64,000 nucleotides of DNA from Nanobdellati archaeon (GCA_019429005.1 JAHYJR010000003.1:64001-128000), one strand, 5' to 3'; shown: positions 19,112 to 30,021, counted from the first letter of the stretch. Notes: generated by a model not told the origin, from the sequence alone. Program-made: numbers and translations.

Positions 19112-19840
19112 ATGACTGCAGAAAACATAATCTTTTACAGTATACTTGCTGCTGTGATTACAATAGGTTCGGCAGGAATATTCCTAAAATATAAAAAATG
19201 GACACAAAATAATCTTATATTTCTTATTTCGTTTGCTTCCGGTTTTCTCCTTTCTGCCGCATTCATACATCTTATTCCTGAAGCAATTGAACTTTCAGGA
19301 AATAACGCAATGCTTTTACTTTTAATTGGTTTTTCACTCATATATGTTCTTGAAAAAACAATCATAATACATTCCTGTGCTGAAGCAAGTGAAGAACACT
19401 GTGAAGTACATAGCATGAGTAAAGGTGCAATAATTGGATTATCTATCCATTCCATATTTGATGGTATTGCAATCGGTGCTGGCTTTGAAATTAGCCAAAC
19501 TATAGGACTTATTGCTGCAATAGGTGTTATCATACATAAACTTCCAGAAGGCCTATCAATTATGAGCATCATGCTTGCCGCAAAATATGATGATAAGAAA
19601 GCGATGACAAATGTAATAGGAATTGCACTTTGCACACCACTAGGTGCTATTCTCGCATATTTATTCTTACAAAATGTATCTCAAATATTTATAGGTTACG
19701 CACTTGCATTTTCAGCTGGAACATTCATCTATATCGCGGCATCAGACCTAATCCCACAAACCCATGAATACAAAAGTATCAATACACTTTTGATGTTTGG
19801 ATTAGGAATTATTGTTTTATGGGCAATTGTTGGGATTTAA
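19112..19840 (+). CDS. ZIP-family metal transporter
   Basis: HLIPEA, HSIFDG, HKLPEG, DLIPQ and TM helices. Confidence 0.93.
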   Translation: MTAENIIFYSILAAVITIGSAGIFLKYKKWTQNNLIFLISFASGFLLSAAFIHLIPEAIELSGNNAMLLLLIGFSLIYVLEKTIIIHSCAEASEEHCEVHSMSKGAIIGLSIHSIFDGIAIGAGFEISQTIGLIAAIGVIIHKLPEGLSIMSIMLAAKYDDKKAMTNVIGIALCTPLGAILAYLFLQNVSQIFIGYALAFSAGTFIYIAASDLIPQTHEYKSINTLLMFGLGIIVLWAIVGI

Positions 19841-19941
19841 GATAATTAAATCTAAAAATACAAACCTAAAAAACAAAATTTAATAATTCTTTAAAACATA
19901 TACCCAAACAGACTTATAAAGAACCGTATAAATACAATACT

Positions 19942-21114
19942 ATGTTTGATTTCATATTACCAAATTATCATGATGGAAGTATTATCAATTTGATGAGCTC
20001 AATCTCAAATAATTTTGAACAGAAACATGAATACAAAGAACTACCTTCACTGACATCTGAAGAATTAAAGAGATCTCATAATGTCATATTGCTTGTGATT
20101 GATGGTCTTGGTTATGAATTTCTTAAAAAACAAAAAGAATCATACCTATTCGAAAATCTTAGAACTAATATTACTTCAACATTCATATCAACAACAGCTT
20201 GTGCCAACACAGCATTTAATGTAGGTTATCCGCCGCAACAACACGGATTAACTGGTTGGGATATCAACTTAAAAGAGGTTGGTTCAATAACAACAATTTT
20301 GCCTTTTGTACCTTTATTTGGTAAAGAGTCTTTAGATAAATCCAATTTTAAAATGGAAGATATCATAGATATGCCGTCATTTCATAAGAATTTTAATGCT
20401 AAATGTTTTGCATTAATCAATAAAAAACTAGCATCAAGCCAATTTACAAAAAATACATATAAAGACATGAAAATAATTCCAACAGCATCATACACAGATA
20501 CATTTACAAAATTAAAAAAAATAATTAATACAAAATCAAACAAACGAAAATTTGTTCATGCATACATAAACGATTTTGATTCTTATTCACATAATTACGG
20601 AATAAATAGCAGAACTGTTAAAGAACTATTTTTAGATTTAGATAAAAAAATCAAAACATTTTCAAAACAAATTAAAGACACAAATACAAAACTAATTATT
20701 GTTGCCGACCATGGATTAATAGATGTCGAGATAGATAAACAAATTTGGGTTGAAAACATAGAAGGTTTAAGTGAATGTTTAACAATACCTCTTACAGGCG
20801 AATCCCGTCTTAGATATTGTTTTGTACGCCCACATAAAGTAAAAGATTTTGAAAGGATTATGAAAACAAAACTTTCTAAATATTGTTGGTGTTACAAGGG
20901 CGAAGAATTAATTAAACAAAATTTATATGGACTTGGAAAACCAAATAAAAAAATATTTGACCGTGTTGGAGATTATGTTTTAATCATGAAAGATAATTAT
21001 CTCTTAAACGATAAATTAGCCAACTTCGAAAAACCAAAAAGATCTCTGAAATCACACCACGGTGGAGTCAGTCCCGACGAAATGCTTGTACCTTTAATTG
21101 TTTTAGATTGTTAA
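19942..21114 (+). CDS. Alkaline phosphatase superfamily (nucleotide pyrophosphatase-like) protein
   Basis: VIDGLG, STT, D...H..G, ADHG, HGG.S..EM.VP. Confidence 0.9.
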   Translation: MFDFILPNYHDGSIINLMSSISNNFEQKHEYKELPSLTSEELKRSHNVILLVIDGLGYEFLKKQKESYLFENLRTNITSTFISTTACANTAFNVGYPPQQHGLTGWDINLKEVGSITTILPFVPLFGKESLDKSNFKMEDIIDMPSFHKNFNAKCFALINKKLASSQFTKNTYKDMKIIPTASYTDTFTKLKKIINTKSNKRKFVHAYINDFDSYSHNYGINSRTVKELFLDLDKKIKTFSKQIKDTNTKLIIVADHGLIDVEIDKQIWVENIEGLSECLTIPLTGESRLRYCFVRPHKVKDFERIMKTKLSKYCWCYKGEELIKQNLYGLGKPNKKIFDRVGDYVLIMKDNYLLNDKLANFEKPKRSLKSHHGGVSPDEMLVPLIVLDC

Positions 21115-21246
21115 TATTTTATATTTTTGAGATTAATAACTATTCAAAAATTAAATAAATACATAATATTAAATAAAAACAAAATATTCTTGAAAATTAA
21201 ATCATATACCAAATATTTAATAAATCCCATACACAAATTTAAAAAT

Positions 21247-21417
21247 ATGGATAATTTGAAACCAGGACAAATTATCGATATGAACGGCGAAGAAAACAGC
21301 TCTCTTTTTTATAAATTATTAAAAGATGTTATTAATCAGACTAATTTTGATGAGATACAGACAAAAGTAAATAATTATCTTAAAAAATATGAAGATGATT
21401 CAACACCAAATTCTTGA
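21247..21417 (+). CDS. Small hypothetical protein or gene fragment
   Basis: Short ORF from MDNLKPG with a TATA-like element upstream. Confidence 0.35.
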   Translation: MDNLKPGQIIDMNGEENSSLFYKLLKDVINQTNFDEIQTKVNNYLKKYEDDSTPNS

Positions 21418-21566
21418 GGTTCTAAATTATAAAGAATAAATATTTAATTCAAACAATATCTCATTTTAGATTCACTTTTCCTTAAATAAATAGAACTCAG
21501 ATAAACCAAACAATTTATAAAGAAATATAGATATAATGAATATTCCACAAAAAATAAGTGATATCA

Positions 21567-22100
21567 ATGGTAAAAATAAAAGGACATGAAATTAATCCGG
21601 TACTTACTAAAGTAGCATTTAATCGTAAAGCTTTACAATTCAAGAATGATCTAATTTCAATCTTAAAAGAAATTGGTGTTGATGAGTACGACATAAAAAT
21701 ACCTCTAGAAGCAATCGCAATAAAAAATGTAAAAGCATCTGCAACTTGGTATGTTGATAACCATAGAATGCATTATAGTTATAATTTACAAAATAAATTT
21801 GTAGATAACCTATATGTTGTATTGAAAGTTATACAACTTGAAACAAAACAGGTTCTTTCTAAAGAAAAAACAATTAACGAATTTGTTTCAGCATTCAAAG
21901 AAGACAAAGATGTTGATAAAAAACGAATCGAAGCAAGGAAACATCTAGGCCTCGAACATGATGAAACTGATTTTAACGTAATAAATAAAAAATACAAAGA
22001 CATGGCAAGAGTATTACATCCAGATATGCCAACAGGAGATATCGAAAAATTCAAAGATTTAAATGAAGCACATAAAACTCTGAAACGTGAATTAAGTTAA
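21567..22100 (+). CDS. Protein with a C-terminal J domain
   Basis: A...LG...I...YK..A..LHPD...F..LNEA. Confidence 0.85.
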   Translation: MVKIKGHEINPVLTKVAFNRKALQFKNDLISILKEIGVDEYDIKIPLEAIAIKNVKASATWYVDNHRMHYSYNLQNKFVDNLYVVLKVIQLETKQVLSKEKTINEFVSAFKEDKDVDKKRIEARKHLGLEHDETDFNVINKKYKDMARVLHPDMPTGDIEKFKDLNEAHKTLKRELS

Positions 22101-22319
22101 AAACGTCTTTTCATTAATAGAATATAACAACCAATAATGAAAAGTCTTAATTTTTGGAATACATAAAACATAATTTTTGAAAGTATCCAAAATGGTATAC
22201 AACCAAAGAGAATATCTTATAAATTAAATATAACTTTTTTTGAAAAAATATAAAACATATGATACAAATAGTATCGGAAGTGATTCTTAGGGAACAACAA
22301 AAAAATAAAAGAAAATAAA

Positions 22320-22682
22320 ATGAATGCAATTTATACAGCGTCAGATATAAATCTAAAAGATATAAAAGAACTTTTTAATTATAATATAATATCTTTTAAA
22401 AGAACAACAATCATATATAAAATAGTCGAAAACAGCTACCTATTTATCTATAAATTAGGTTCTGTTATATTTTACAATGTAGATAAAAACACACAAGAGA
22501 TGATAATTAAAAAAATTAAATCAAAAATAGATACAAAAAATATTATTGATACATATTTCTATGAGACCTATAACCTATATGAAGATAAATCCTTAAAATC
22601 AAATCATATAATAGAATTCAATAGCACAAATCTTAAGAACATAAACTTTGAAAATATCAATATATTAAGCATGATTCTTGCA
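22320..22682 (+). pseudogene. RMD1/YagE-family 5' fragment
   Basis: A...A..I, FIYKLGSVIFYN, and ILSMILA, where homology stops just before the expected QS. Confidence 0.6.
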
Positions 22683-22981
22683 ATTTTATCAACAGCAAGG
22701 AATCTTTCAACAACTTCTTTAGCAACAATACCTTTGATTTCTTTACCCCTTGGTTCAAGTGTATCTTGTAATAATATAGCTGTATTTTCTGCAAATTTTA
22801 TCCTGATTCCATTAGATCTTCTATATTCTGCTCTTTGAGTAACTATAACAGCTTTAACAATTTCATATGCAATTTTTTGGTTTCCTTTTTTTACAGCACA
22901 GACTACAACATCACCAACACCTGCTTTAGGTTGTCTTCCACGTACACCTCTATAACCTCTAACAGATATGATTTCTAGCAT
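22670..22981 (-). pseudogene. rpl14: Archaeal ribosomal protein uL14 fragment lacking the N-terminus
   Basis: LEIISVRGYRGVRGRQPKAGVGD...VKKG...AVIVTQRAEYRRSNGIRIKFAEN...PRGKEIKGIVAKEVVERF...IA. Confidence 0.92.
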
Positions 22982-23671
22982 TCCATCAGGAAATTTTGGA
23001 GATATGATGGGGACAATATTAACAAAAGAAATGGGATTACCTATTAAAAAAATCATTTGTGGCGTGAATGAGAATACAGAATTTCCACATTTCATAAACA
23101 CGGAAAAATATGTTGTTTCACAGTCAAAAAATACACCTTCATCTGCAATGGATGTTTCACACCCAAGTAATTTGGCAAGATTAATTGAATTTTATGGTGG
23201 CTATATGTTTGATGAGAAAGATCCACAAACAAATAATATTATAAAACAAGAAATAATTGATAAAATGCCAAATTTAGAAACAATGAAAAAAGATATATAT
23301 TCAATTGGAATTACAAATCCTAAACATTATGAAACCATGAAAAAAGTATTTTATAAATACAACATAATCCTAGATTCTCATGGTGCTGTCGGATGGGACG
23401 CTCTTGAATATTACTTAGAAAATAAACATAACCAACTTTCAATAATTTATGAGACACAAAACCCTGAAAATTTCCAAACGCTGTTAAAAAAGCAATTGGA
23501 ATCACACCAGAAATCCCTAATAGGATGAAAGAACAAACAAAATCAAATGAAATATTTAATTCAATCCATAGCAGTCCATATAAGACTGAACAGGGTTTAA
23601 AATTAAGTAATTCTCAAATAACTAAAGCTAAATCAAAGATTAAAGATTTGTTTATAACAGTAATTATTTGA
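22975..23671 (+). pseudogene. thrC: Threonine synthase C-terminal fragment, frameshifted
   Basis: SIPSGNFG, NEN, SSAMDVSHPSN, LDSHGAVG. A frameshift near 23465 continues as KFPNAVKKAIG. Confidence 0.88.
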
Positions 23672-23893
23672 GAAACAACTGATTTAATCTTTCCAGAATA
23701 TATTAAAAGAATTCGTTAATTTTTATCAACAATTGCAACAGTTATTGGTTTTATAGAACCCTAAGCAATTAATTGTCTCATTATTTTTTTATTTGGATAA
23801 ATCATAATAATAATTAACTTCAATCATTAAAATAGTCTAAGTTTATAACCCAATTATCAAAAAAATATATACTTTAAACGTTAATATAAAATT

Positions 23894-24343
23894 ATGAAGA
23901 TTAATTTTATTTATTCACAAGTCTATTTTAGAAGTCTCAATCAACACAAGTCTGTAAAAAGAACATGGGATGAAGTCAAAAAAATAGGTACACAATTTGA
24001 AATAAAATATAAAACTGAAATAAATAAAATTATTGATATAATCCCAAAAGTCACAAAGAAACCTTGGAGAAAAGAAAATACAGACATATATATTATCGAT
24101 TGGGTCGGTCCTAGTTTTTCTCACCCCCTCACATTAAAAGTTAGAAATGACTTACTCCTTATGCTTGTAATATTAACTCATGAACTGTTACATGACTTTT
24201 ACTTAAATGAAAAAGACATAGAACACATCGAGGAAACAATCAACAAAAATGTTGAAAATGTATTTAAAGAATTAAATATTGATGTTAAAGAACAACTACA
24301 TATTCTACAAAGTTTTCACGAGAAACGATTTGGAAAAAAATGA
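23894..24343 (+). CDS. Hypothetical protein with an HEXXH zincin motif
   Basis: FSHPLTL...LTHELLH. Confidence 0.7.
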   Translation: MKINFIYSQVYFRSLNQHKSVKRTWDEVKKIGTQFEIKYKTEINKIIDIIPKVTKKPWRKENTDIYIIDWVGPSFSHPLTLKVRNDLLLMLVILTHELLHDFYLNEKDIEHIEETINKNVENVFKELNIDVKEQLHILQSFHEKRFGKK

Positions 24344-24428
24344 AAAAAATAACTGATCTGATTCATAAACAACCAAATCAAACCAGATTCAAAATAAAAA
24401 ATCTCTAACTATTCTCAGTCTTCCCAAC

Positions 24429-25862
24429 CTATTTGATTTCCTTTTCCTTACCTGAAAAAAACGTAATTGCCTCAGCAAGTTCAGGATGTTTTTTTGAATA
24501 TTTAACAAGTTCAATACCCTTAAGATACGCATCACATGCTTGAACTAACGCACGAGCTCCAGCCTTTGTACCACTCGGATGTGCATGACACCCAGCACCC
24601 ATGGTAGTTATAAAATCTACACCGCCAATTGCATCAATAAATGGTTTTAATAGTACGGGATTAAGACCGCCTGATACAATAGGACAACATTTTTTCAAAC
24701 CTCTCCAACTATCATCAGATAATATAACATGGTGTGCAACATCTTCATGAACAAGTCTCAAAACATCTTCATCATTTTCAGGAACGTTTGCCCAGGACTG
24801 ACTAAAGAAATGCCCTTGTGCTGATAGATTCAATATATTATGTGCTGCAGTAATATCCTCTTTTTTATCACCCTTCATCTTTCCGATACCAGCCGTACCT
24901 GTATGAATTCCTGATGCACCAGCCAAACGCGCAAACTTAGACAAGACTAAAACTGAAAAACCGAATGGGCTTTCAGGCCGTGTAAATGCACCATGGGCAG
25001 CTCTATGGAAATGCAAAAACACACCAGGATACCGTCTCCTTAAAGTCTGCACAGCCATCCAACCTGCAGTAATACCATCAATCAAAAAAGCATAACTTCC
25101 AGATTCAAAACCAGCATTACGAATCAATTCACAACGCTCAATCATTGTATCAAAATCGGATGCAGATACATTAAAAGAATGCACTTTTTTCCGCCCAGTC
25201 TCTTTTACAGCCTTATCCATAGCTTCCTTAACATGCCGGACCATCTTATCATAAGGACAAAAATCTTGATTTGCTTGAGGTTCATCATTTTTTACAAAAT
25301 CGCCACCACCAACCCAGAAATCATAGCAGACTTCTGCATATTCGGCTGATGTAAGCCCCATCTTAGGTTTTACAATAGTCCCTAATATTGGTCTATCATA
25401 TACATCAAGATATTTTCGCATATCATCAATAGTATAACTAGGACCATCATATTGTTCAAGCATAGCTGGAGGGAACCAAAGGTCAAGTAACTTAAGAGCA
25501 TCAACCTGTTTCATTCCAAGAACATTACCAACAACATATGTCAATATGTTCTGAATATTACCCATACGATCAAAAAGTCTCCATGGATATGCAATCCACA
25601 CAAGATTTTGTTTCAAGTCAACCTTATAGACAAGTGCATTCATCTCCCTTGAAAAAGGAGTTTCAGTAGTAACTTTAAAATTGGTTCCAGTTGATGACTC
25701 TGCCGCGATTTCAGCAGCAGCTTGAAGCGTATTTAAACCATCACCAGGAATAAAATGAAAAACACATAAAAGATATTCTCCATTACGTGGATTAGATAAA
25801 TCCAGATTAACATAAGCCGCTTGTTTTGAGTTCAATGATTTCAAATATTTCTTCAATGTCAT
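24429..25862 (-). CDS. rbcL: RuBisCO large subunit, form II/III
   Basis: AAESSTGT, KPKMG, GGDFVKNDE, HFHRA, HTGT, loop-6 GKM, SGG, and a Methanococcoides-type C-terminal insertion (VHEDVAHHVILSDDSWR). Confidence 0.96.
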   Translation of the reverse strand: MTLKKYLKSLNSKQAAYVNLDLSNPRNGEYLLCVFHFIPGDGLNTLQAAAEIAAESSTGTNFKVTTETPFSREMNALVYKVDLKQNLVWIAYPWRLFDRMGNIQNILTYVVGNVLGMKQVDALKLLDLWFPPAMLEQYDGPSYTIDDMRKYLDVYDRPILGTIVKPKMGLTSAEYAEVCYDFWVGGGDFVKNDEPQANQDFCPYDKMVRHVKEAMDKAVKETGRKKVHSFNVSASDFDTMIERCELIRNAGFESGSYAFLIDGITAGWMAVQTLRRRYPGVFLHFHRAAHGAFTRPESPFGFSVLVLSKFARLAGASGIHTGTAGIGKMKGDKKEDITAAHNILNLSAQGHFFSQSWANVPENDEDVLRLVHEDVAHHVILSDDSWRGLKKCCPIVSGGLNPVLLKPFIDAIGGVDFITTMGAGCHAHPSGTKAGARALVQACDAYLKGIELVKYSKKHPELAEAITFFSGKEKEIK

Positions 25863-26478
25863 TTTAAAGCACCATTTCAAGTTTTAAAAATATCATAATA
25901 ATATTATGATTTATACAAATAAATGTTATTAACAATAACACAAATTAAACATAATACATAATATTCAATTAATTTAGACAGATATAAATATATTCATACT
26001 AGCTTATCAAAAAGATATACAAACATAAATTGCTTTTAAAAAACACAATAAAATGTAAAAATTAAATTAAAATTTAAATAGATTTTAAACTAAATAATTA
26101 CTCTAAATATATTTAAAACTAAGATTATATATATGAAAACTAAATTAACTCAATTAATAACGATTTTAATAATAACACTTTTTGCCTACATTTAGATAAA
26201 AAATCAGAACCTAACGATTCTAGATTATAATCAACCCGACCATCCATCATATGTCATTCTTCTAAAAACTTTTCATCTTCCATTTCTTCTAAAATACGTT
26301 TAAATTTTTTCCAAAGAAACGTCATCATCTTAGGCATAATCTTTAAGTTTATTTACAGTTAAAAAATTCCTAATCGATAAAAAGGTATGTCCTATATGAA
26401 CACCAGAATAAGTCTTTTGTGTCAATAAATATAAAATTCCACATTTAATACAAAGTTTATCCATAATATTATACTAAA

Positions 26479-26595
26479 TATTCCTTTTTATTAAACTATT
26501 TATAACAAAATAAACAGTATTCCTTTTTATTAAACTATTTATAACAAAATAAACAGTATTCCTTTTTATTAAACTATTTATAACAAAATAAACAG
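26479..26595. repeat. 39-bp perfect tandem repeat, 3 copies
   Basis: TATTCCTTTTTATTAAACTATTTATAACAAAATAAACAG at 26479, 26518 and 26557. Confidence 0.95.
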
Positions 26596-26657
26596 AATTT
26601 ATAAAAAATAATTAATTCTAACAACCCATCTAAAAAGAAAAATTTATAAATATCAAA

Positions 26658-26677
26658 ATATCAATACATATTGATAT
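26658..26677. promoter_or_regulatory. ArsR-type operator palindrome
   Basis: ATATCAATA-CA-TATTGATAT lies between the TATA box and the arsR start codon. Confidence 0.75.
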
Positions 26678-26933
26678 GAATAAAGACTTAGCCTTAAAAA
26701 TATTCAAAACGTTGGGCGAAAAAACACGATTTAAAATAATTGAAACCTTACTAGATAAAGAACTTTGCGCTTGCGAAATCCCAAAAATTATAAACAGAAC
26801 ACAAAGCAATACATCTATGCACCTTACAAAACTGCAAGATCTAGATATGATTAAATCAAGACGTGATGGCAAAAAAAGATTATATTCAATAAAAAATGAA
26901 AATATCAAAAAAATTATGAAGATGATTAAATGA
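26676..26933 (+). CDS. arsR: ArsR/SmtB transcriptional regulator
   Basis: FK.L....R, ELCACEI, SMHL..L, R.G. Confidence 0.92.
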   Translation: MNKDLALKIFKTLGEKTRFKIIETLLDKELCACEIPKIINRTQSNTSMHLTKLQDLDMIKSRRDGKKRLYSIKNENIKKIMKMIK

Positions 26934-27163
26934 AAATTGAAATACTTGGAACCGGTTGTAATAATTGCTTAAAACTTGAAGAAAACGCAAAAAAAGCATT
27001 AAAAGACATAAATAAAAAAGATGTAGAACTCATAAAAATTACAGATATAACAGAAATACTAAGGTACGGTATAATGTCAACCCCTGCAATAATTATTGAT
27101 GGCGAAATCAAAGCATATGGCAGAATCCCTGATATTGACGAGATTAAAACATGGGTAAAATAA
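26930..27163 (+). CDS. Small thioredoxin-family protein (MTH895-like)
   Basis: GTGCNNC, MSTPA. Confidence 0.92.
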   Translation: MKIEILGTGCNNCLKLEENAKKALKDINKKDVELIKITDITEILRYGIMSTPAIIIDGEIKAYGRIPDIDEIKTWVK

Positions 27164-27164
27164 A

Positions 27165-28118
27165 ATGATTGATTTATTCTATCCATTTCAATGGGTTGCA
27201 AACAATATTACAAATAGACTTAATCTTGAAGGACACATCGCAGATAGTGTAAACTTCATAATCTATGACGTAATAAAAATATTTTTTTTACTTATTGTGA
27301 TGATATTCGCAATTTCATACATTAGAAGCTATATCACACCTGAAAAAACAAGAACAGTTATAGGCAATAAAAAAGGTCTTCGCTATCATTTTCTAGCATC
27401 AATAACAGGTGTCTTCACACCATTTTGTTCATGTTCATCAGTACCATTATTTATTGGTTTTATTGAAGCTGGCGTTCCTTTAGGCGTAACATTCTCATTT
27501 TTAATAACAAGCCCGCTTGTTAATGAAGCCGCAATTGCGATTCTTTGGGCAACATTCGGACTTAAATTAACAATAATATATGTGATATCTGGAATATTAA
27601 TCGGTGTTATCTCGGGTTACATAATTGGACTTTTAAAAATGGAAAAATATGTTGCAAGTTTTGTCTATGACATTAAAATGATGAAAATTAAAGAAGAAAA
27701 AAAGACACAAAAAGATAGAATCAAATATGCTAAAAAAGAAGTCAGAAATATTGTATCAAAAGTATGGCTATACATCATAATAGGTGTCACATTAGGTGGC
27801 TTATTCCACAGTTTTGCTCCAGAAGGTATACTTGAAAAATATGCAGGAAACAGTATCATTGGAGTACCCATCGCAACATTAATAGGTATACCATTATATT
27901 CAAATGCAATCGCAATGATACCAATCATTGAGAGCCTTGTTGGGAAAGGATTACCACTTGGAACTGCCTTAGCATTCCTTATGGCTGTAACCGCATTATC
28001 ATTACCAGAAATAATTATATTAAAAAAAGTCCTTAAAAAAGAATTAATTGCTGTTTTTGTAGGAATAACAGGATTTGCGATAATGATTACGGGGTACTTG
28101 TTTAATTTTATCGTTTGA
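27165..28118 (+). CDS. arsP: ArsP/DUF318 permease
   Basis: TPFCSCSSVP, SPLVNE, PLYSN, LSLPE. Confidence 0.9.
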   Translation: MIDLFYPFQWVANNITNRLNLEGHIADSVNFIIYDVIKIFFLLIVMIFAISYIRSYITPEKTRTVIGNKKGLRYHFLASITGVFTPFCSCSSVPLFIGFIEAGVPLGVTFSFLITSPLVNEAAIAILWATFGLKLTIIYVISGILIGVISGYIIGLLKMEKYVASFVYDIKMMKIKEEKKTQKDRIKYAKKEVRNIVSKVWLYIIIGVTLGGLFHSFAPEGILEKYAGNSIIGVPIATLIGIPLYSNAIAMIPIIESLVGKGLPLGTALAFLMAVTALSLPEIIILKKVLKKELIAVFVGITGFAIMITGYLFNFIV

Positions 28119-28208
28119 TAAAATAATTATAAAAATTATATCAAATTTTACAGAAACTGTTATAAAGTTATCTTTACTAAGTAATAACATATAAACTAGG
28201 TGTTAATT

Positions 28209-29684
28209 ATGATTAAAGAAATCAAAATAAATAATAATAATAAATCGTTAATGGGTACCCCCAAAGAAATGAGACTCATTCTTCAAAAAATTGGATATGA
28301 TAATGTTATTGTTTATGGATACGCTGGTACGCTTATTGCAGATAGTATCGATGACGAAACTAATGAAAAAATGAAAGATTTTAACAGAAAAAAATTACTA
28401 TCTAACGTAACATACCATGAAACACCGATAGGTACAATATATAACACAGAGGGTAGTCTAAATAAACATGCAATTGCAGATGACCTTAAAATAGCAGTAC
28501 TTGATAAAGAAATAGAATCTCAAGAACTTGTTGCCACAATAAAAACAGTTGCAGATCAAGTTTCAAAATATATTGGTGATGAATTATTAACAGGAACTGG
28601 TACTTTATCAGCAATAAGTGCCTATTTTAGCAGCACCCTTACAGACGAAGATATTAATAAATATCCAGAATATTTTAATGAAAAAAATGGACAGATAACA
28701 CTTTCTGAAGAAGGAAACAACATGCTAAATATACTTAAAGACAGTTGGGATTATCTTCCACGAAATCTACGTTCTGCATGTAAAATGAATATAAAACCAT
28801 ATCTTTTAGAAGTATTTAAAGATGTATCTGAAAATATACCCGTACAACTGGATAAATTCCAAGATTATATTCAAAAAGAATTAACATCAGAAACAATCAA
28901 GAAAAAAATCGACCAAGATTCTAAATTATTACGAAAATTAATTGATGATGGATATTATTGTGATTATTTTATTAATACAGATTATGATGAATTAATAAAA
29001 ATCATAGAAATGGATCAAAATAATTTAATCAACAATGAGACTTTTAAGAAAATAAAAAAATCAATACCTGTAAGACATCTAGACTCACAAAAATACCAAC
29101 GACATCAAAAGGATAAAAAATATTATGAACTAGAACAAGAACATAAATTATATAACGAATGGGGAAAAAAAATAAAAGATACAATAATGTCAATTGAAAC
29201 AAACCAAAAAATAATCGAAGGACATGGTATAGACCCATTAAAACAACTAAAAATGCTTGAAGATACAGGATATATTTTTTTAAGAGAAGATGATAAAAAA
29301 ATAAATATATACAAAGGACAAAACTTTAATCTGCTTAATGAGGATAACACATCTTTCTGTCCAATAGGTCTTTCAGATAAATGGGATTCATGGAAAATTG
29401 AAAGACAGGGAAATATAACAATTTTAACAAAATATTTTAAAAATGTAAATGATAAATTAATAAGAATCTCAGTTAATTCATTAGGAAAATATAGCGTTGA
29501 AGGTAATGATCTAACTGTTTTTGATGAAAATGTTAAAAAGGAATTAAATCTTGTTGAAGAAGTTATAAATTATAATCTTCCTAAAAACAAACGCAAAACT
29601 TTAGATTGGACAGAATATAATGAATCACAACCAAAAACAAATACAATAAAACCTGTTAAACAAATCAAAAAACAATTATTTTAA
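28209..29684 (+). CDS. Hypothetical protein
   Basis: Long ORF with an SD-like AGGTG. No motif recognised. Confidence 0.7.
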   Translation: MIKEIKINNNNKSLMGTPKEMRLILQKIGYDNVIVYGYAGTLIADSIDDETNEKMKDFNRKKLLSNVTYHETPIGTIYNTEGSLNKHAIADDLKIAVLDKEIESQELVATIKTVADQVSKYIGDELLTGTGTLSAISAYFSSTLTDEDINKYPEYFNEKNGQITLSEEGNNMLNILKDSWDYLPRNLRSACKMNIKPYLLEVFKDVSENIPVQLDKFQDYIQKELTSETIKKKIDQDSKLLRKLIDDGYYCDYFINTDYDELIKIIEMDQNNLINNETFKKIKKSIPVRHLDSQKYQRHQKDKKYYELEQEHKLYNEWGKKIKDTIMSIETNQKIIEGHGIDPLKQLKMLEDTGYIFLREDDKKINIYKGQNFNLLNEDNTSFCPIGLSDKWDSWKIERQGNITILTKYFKNVNDKLIRISVNSLGKYSVEGNDLTVFDENVKKELNLVEEVINYNLPKNKRKTLDWTEYNESQPKTNTIKPVKQIKKQLF

Positions 29685-29721
29685 TAATAAACGACCAATA
29701 CAAATATTATAAGGTAAGATT

Positions 29722-30021
29722 ATAGATATTAAAGAAGCTCAAGACACAGTTTATGAACACTTAGTAAAGATATGTTATACAAAAAGCGAGACAACACCAA
29801 CACATTCATTTTTGCATCTTGTTGAAGAAGTGGGTGAAGTCTCAAGAACATTGTTATACAAAGAAACAGAACGTGTTAACTTCAAAAATAACACAGATCC
29901 AGGTAAACTTGAAGATGAGATTGCTGACATATTCTGGCAGACACTCAAACTAGCGTAATATCTAAAAATAGATCTTGACCAAGCATTCATCAATAAGCTA
30001 GAAAAAAATAGGAATAAATAA
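29722..30021 (+). pseudogene. MazG-like NTP pyrophosphohydrolase pseudogene
   Basis: HLVEEVGEVS...LEDEIAD. ATA where the start is expected, and an in-frame TAA at 29956. Confidence 0.85.

Noticed and set aside
22604-23101. 165-aa ORF as an intact rpl14
   Set aside because: Its N-terminus is antisense thrC and its tail is antisense RMD1. The native L14 N-terminus is missing.
29956-29958. Stop-codon reassignment suggested by in-frame stops
   Set aside because: The internal stops are a mix of TAA, TAG and TGA and come with frameshifts. Core genes terminate normally at all three codons.
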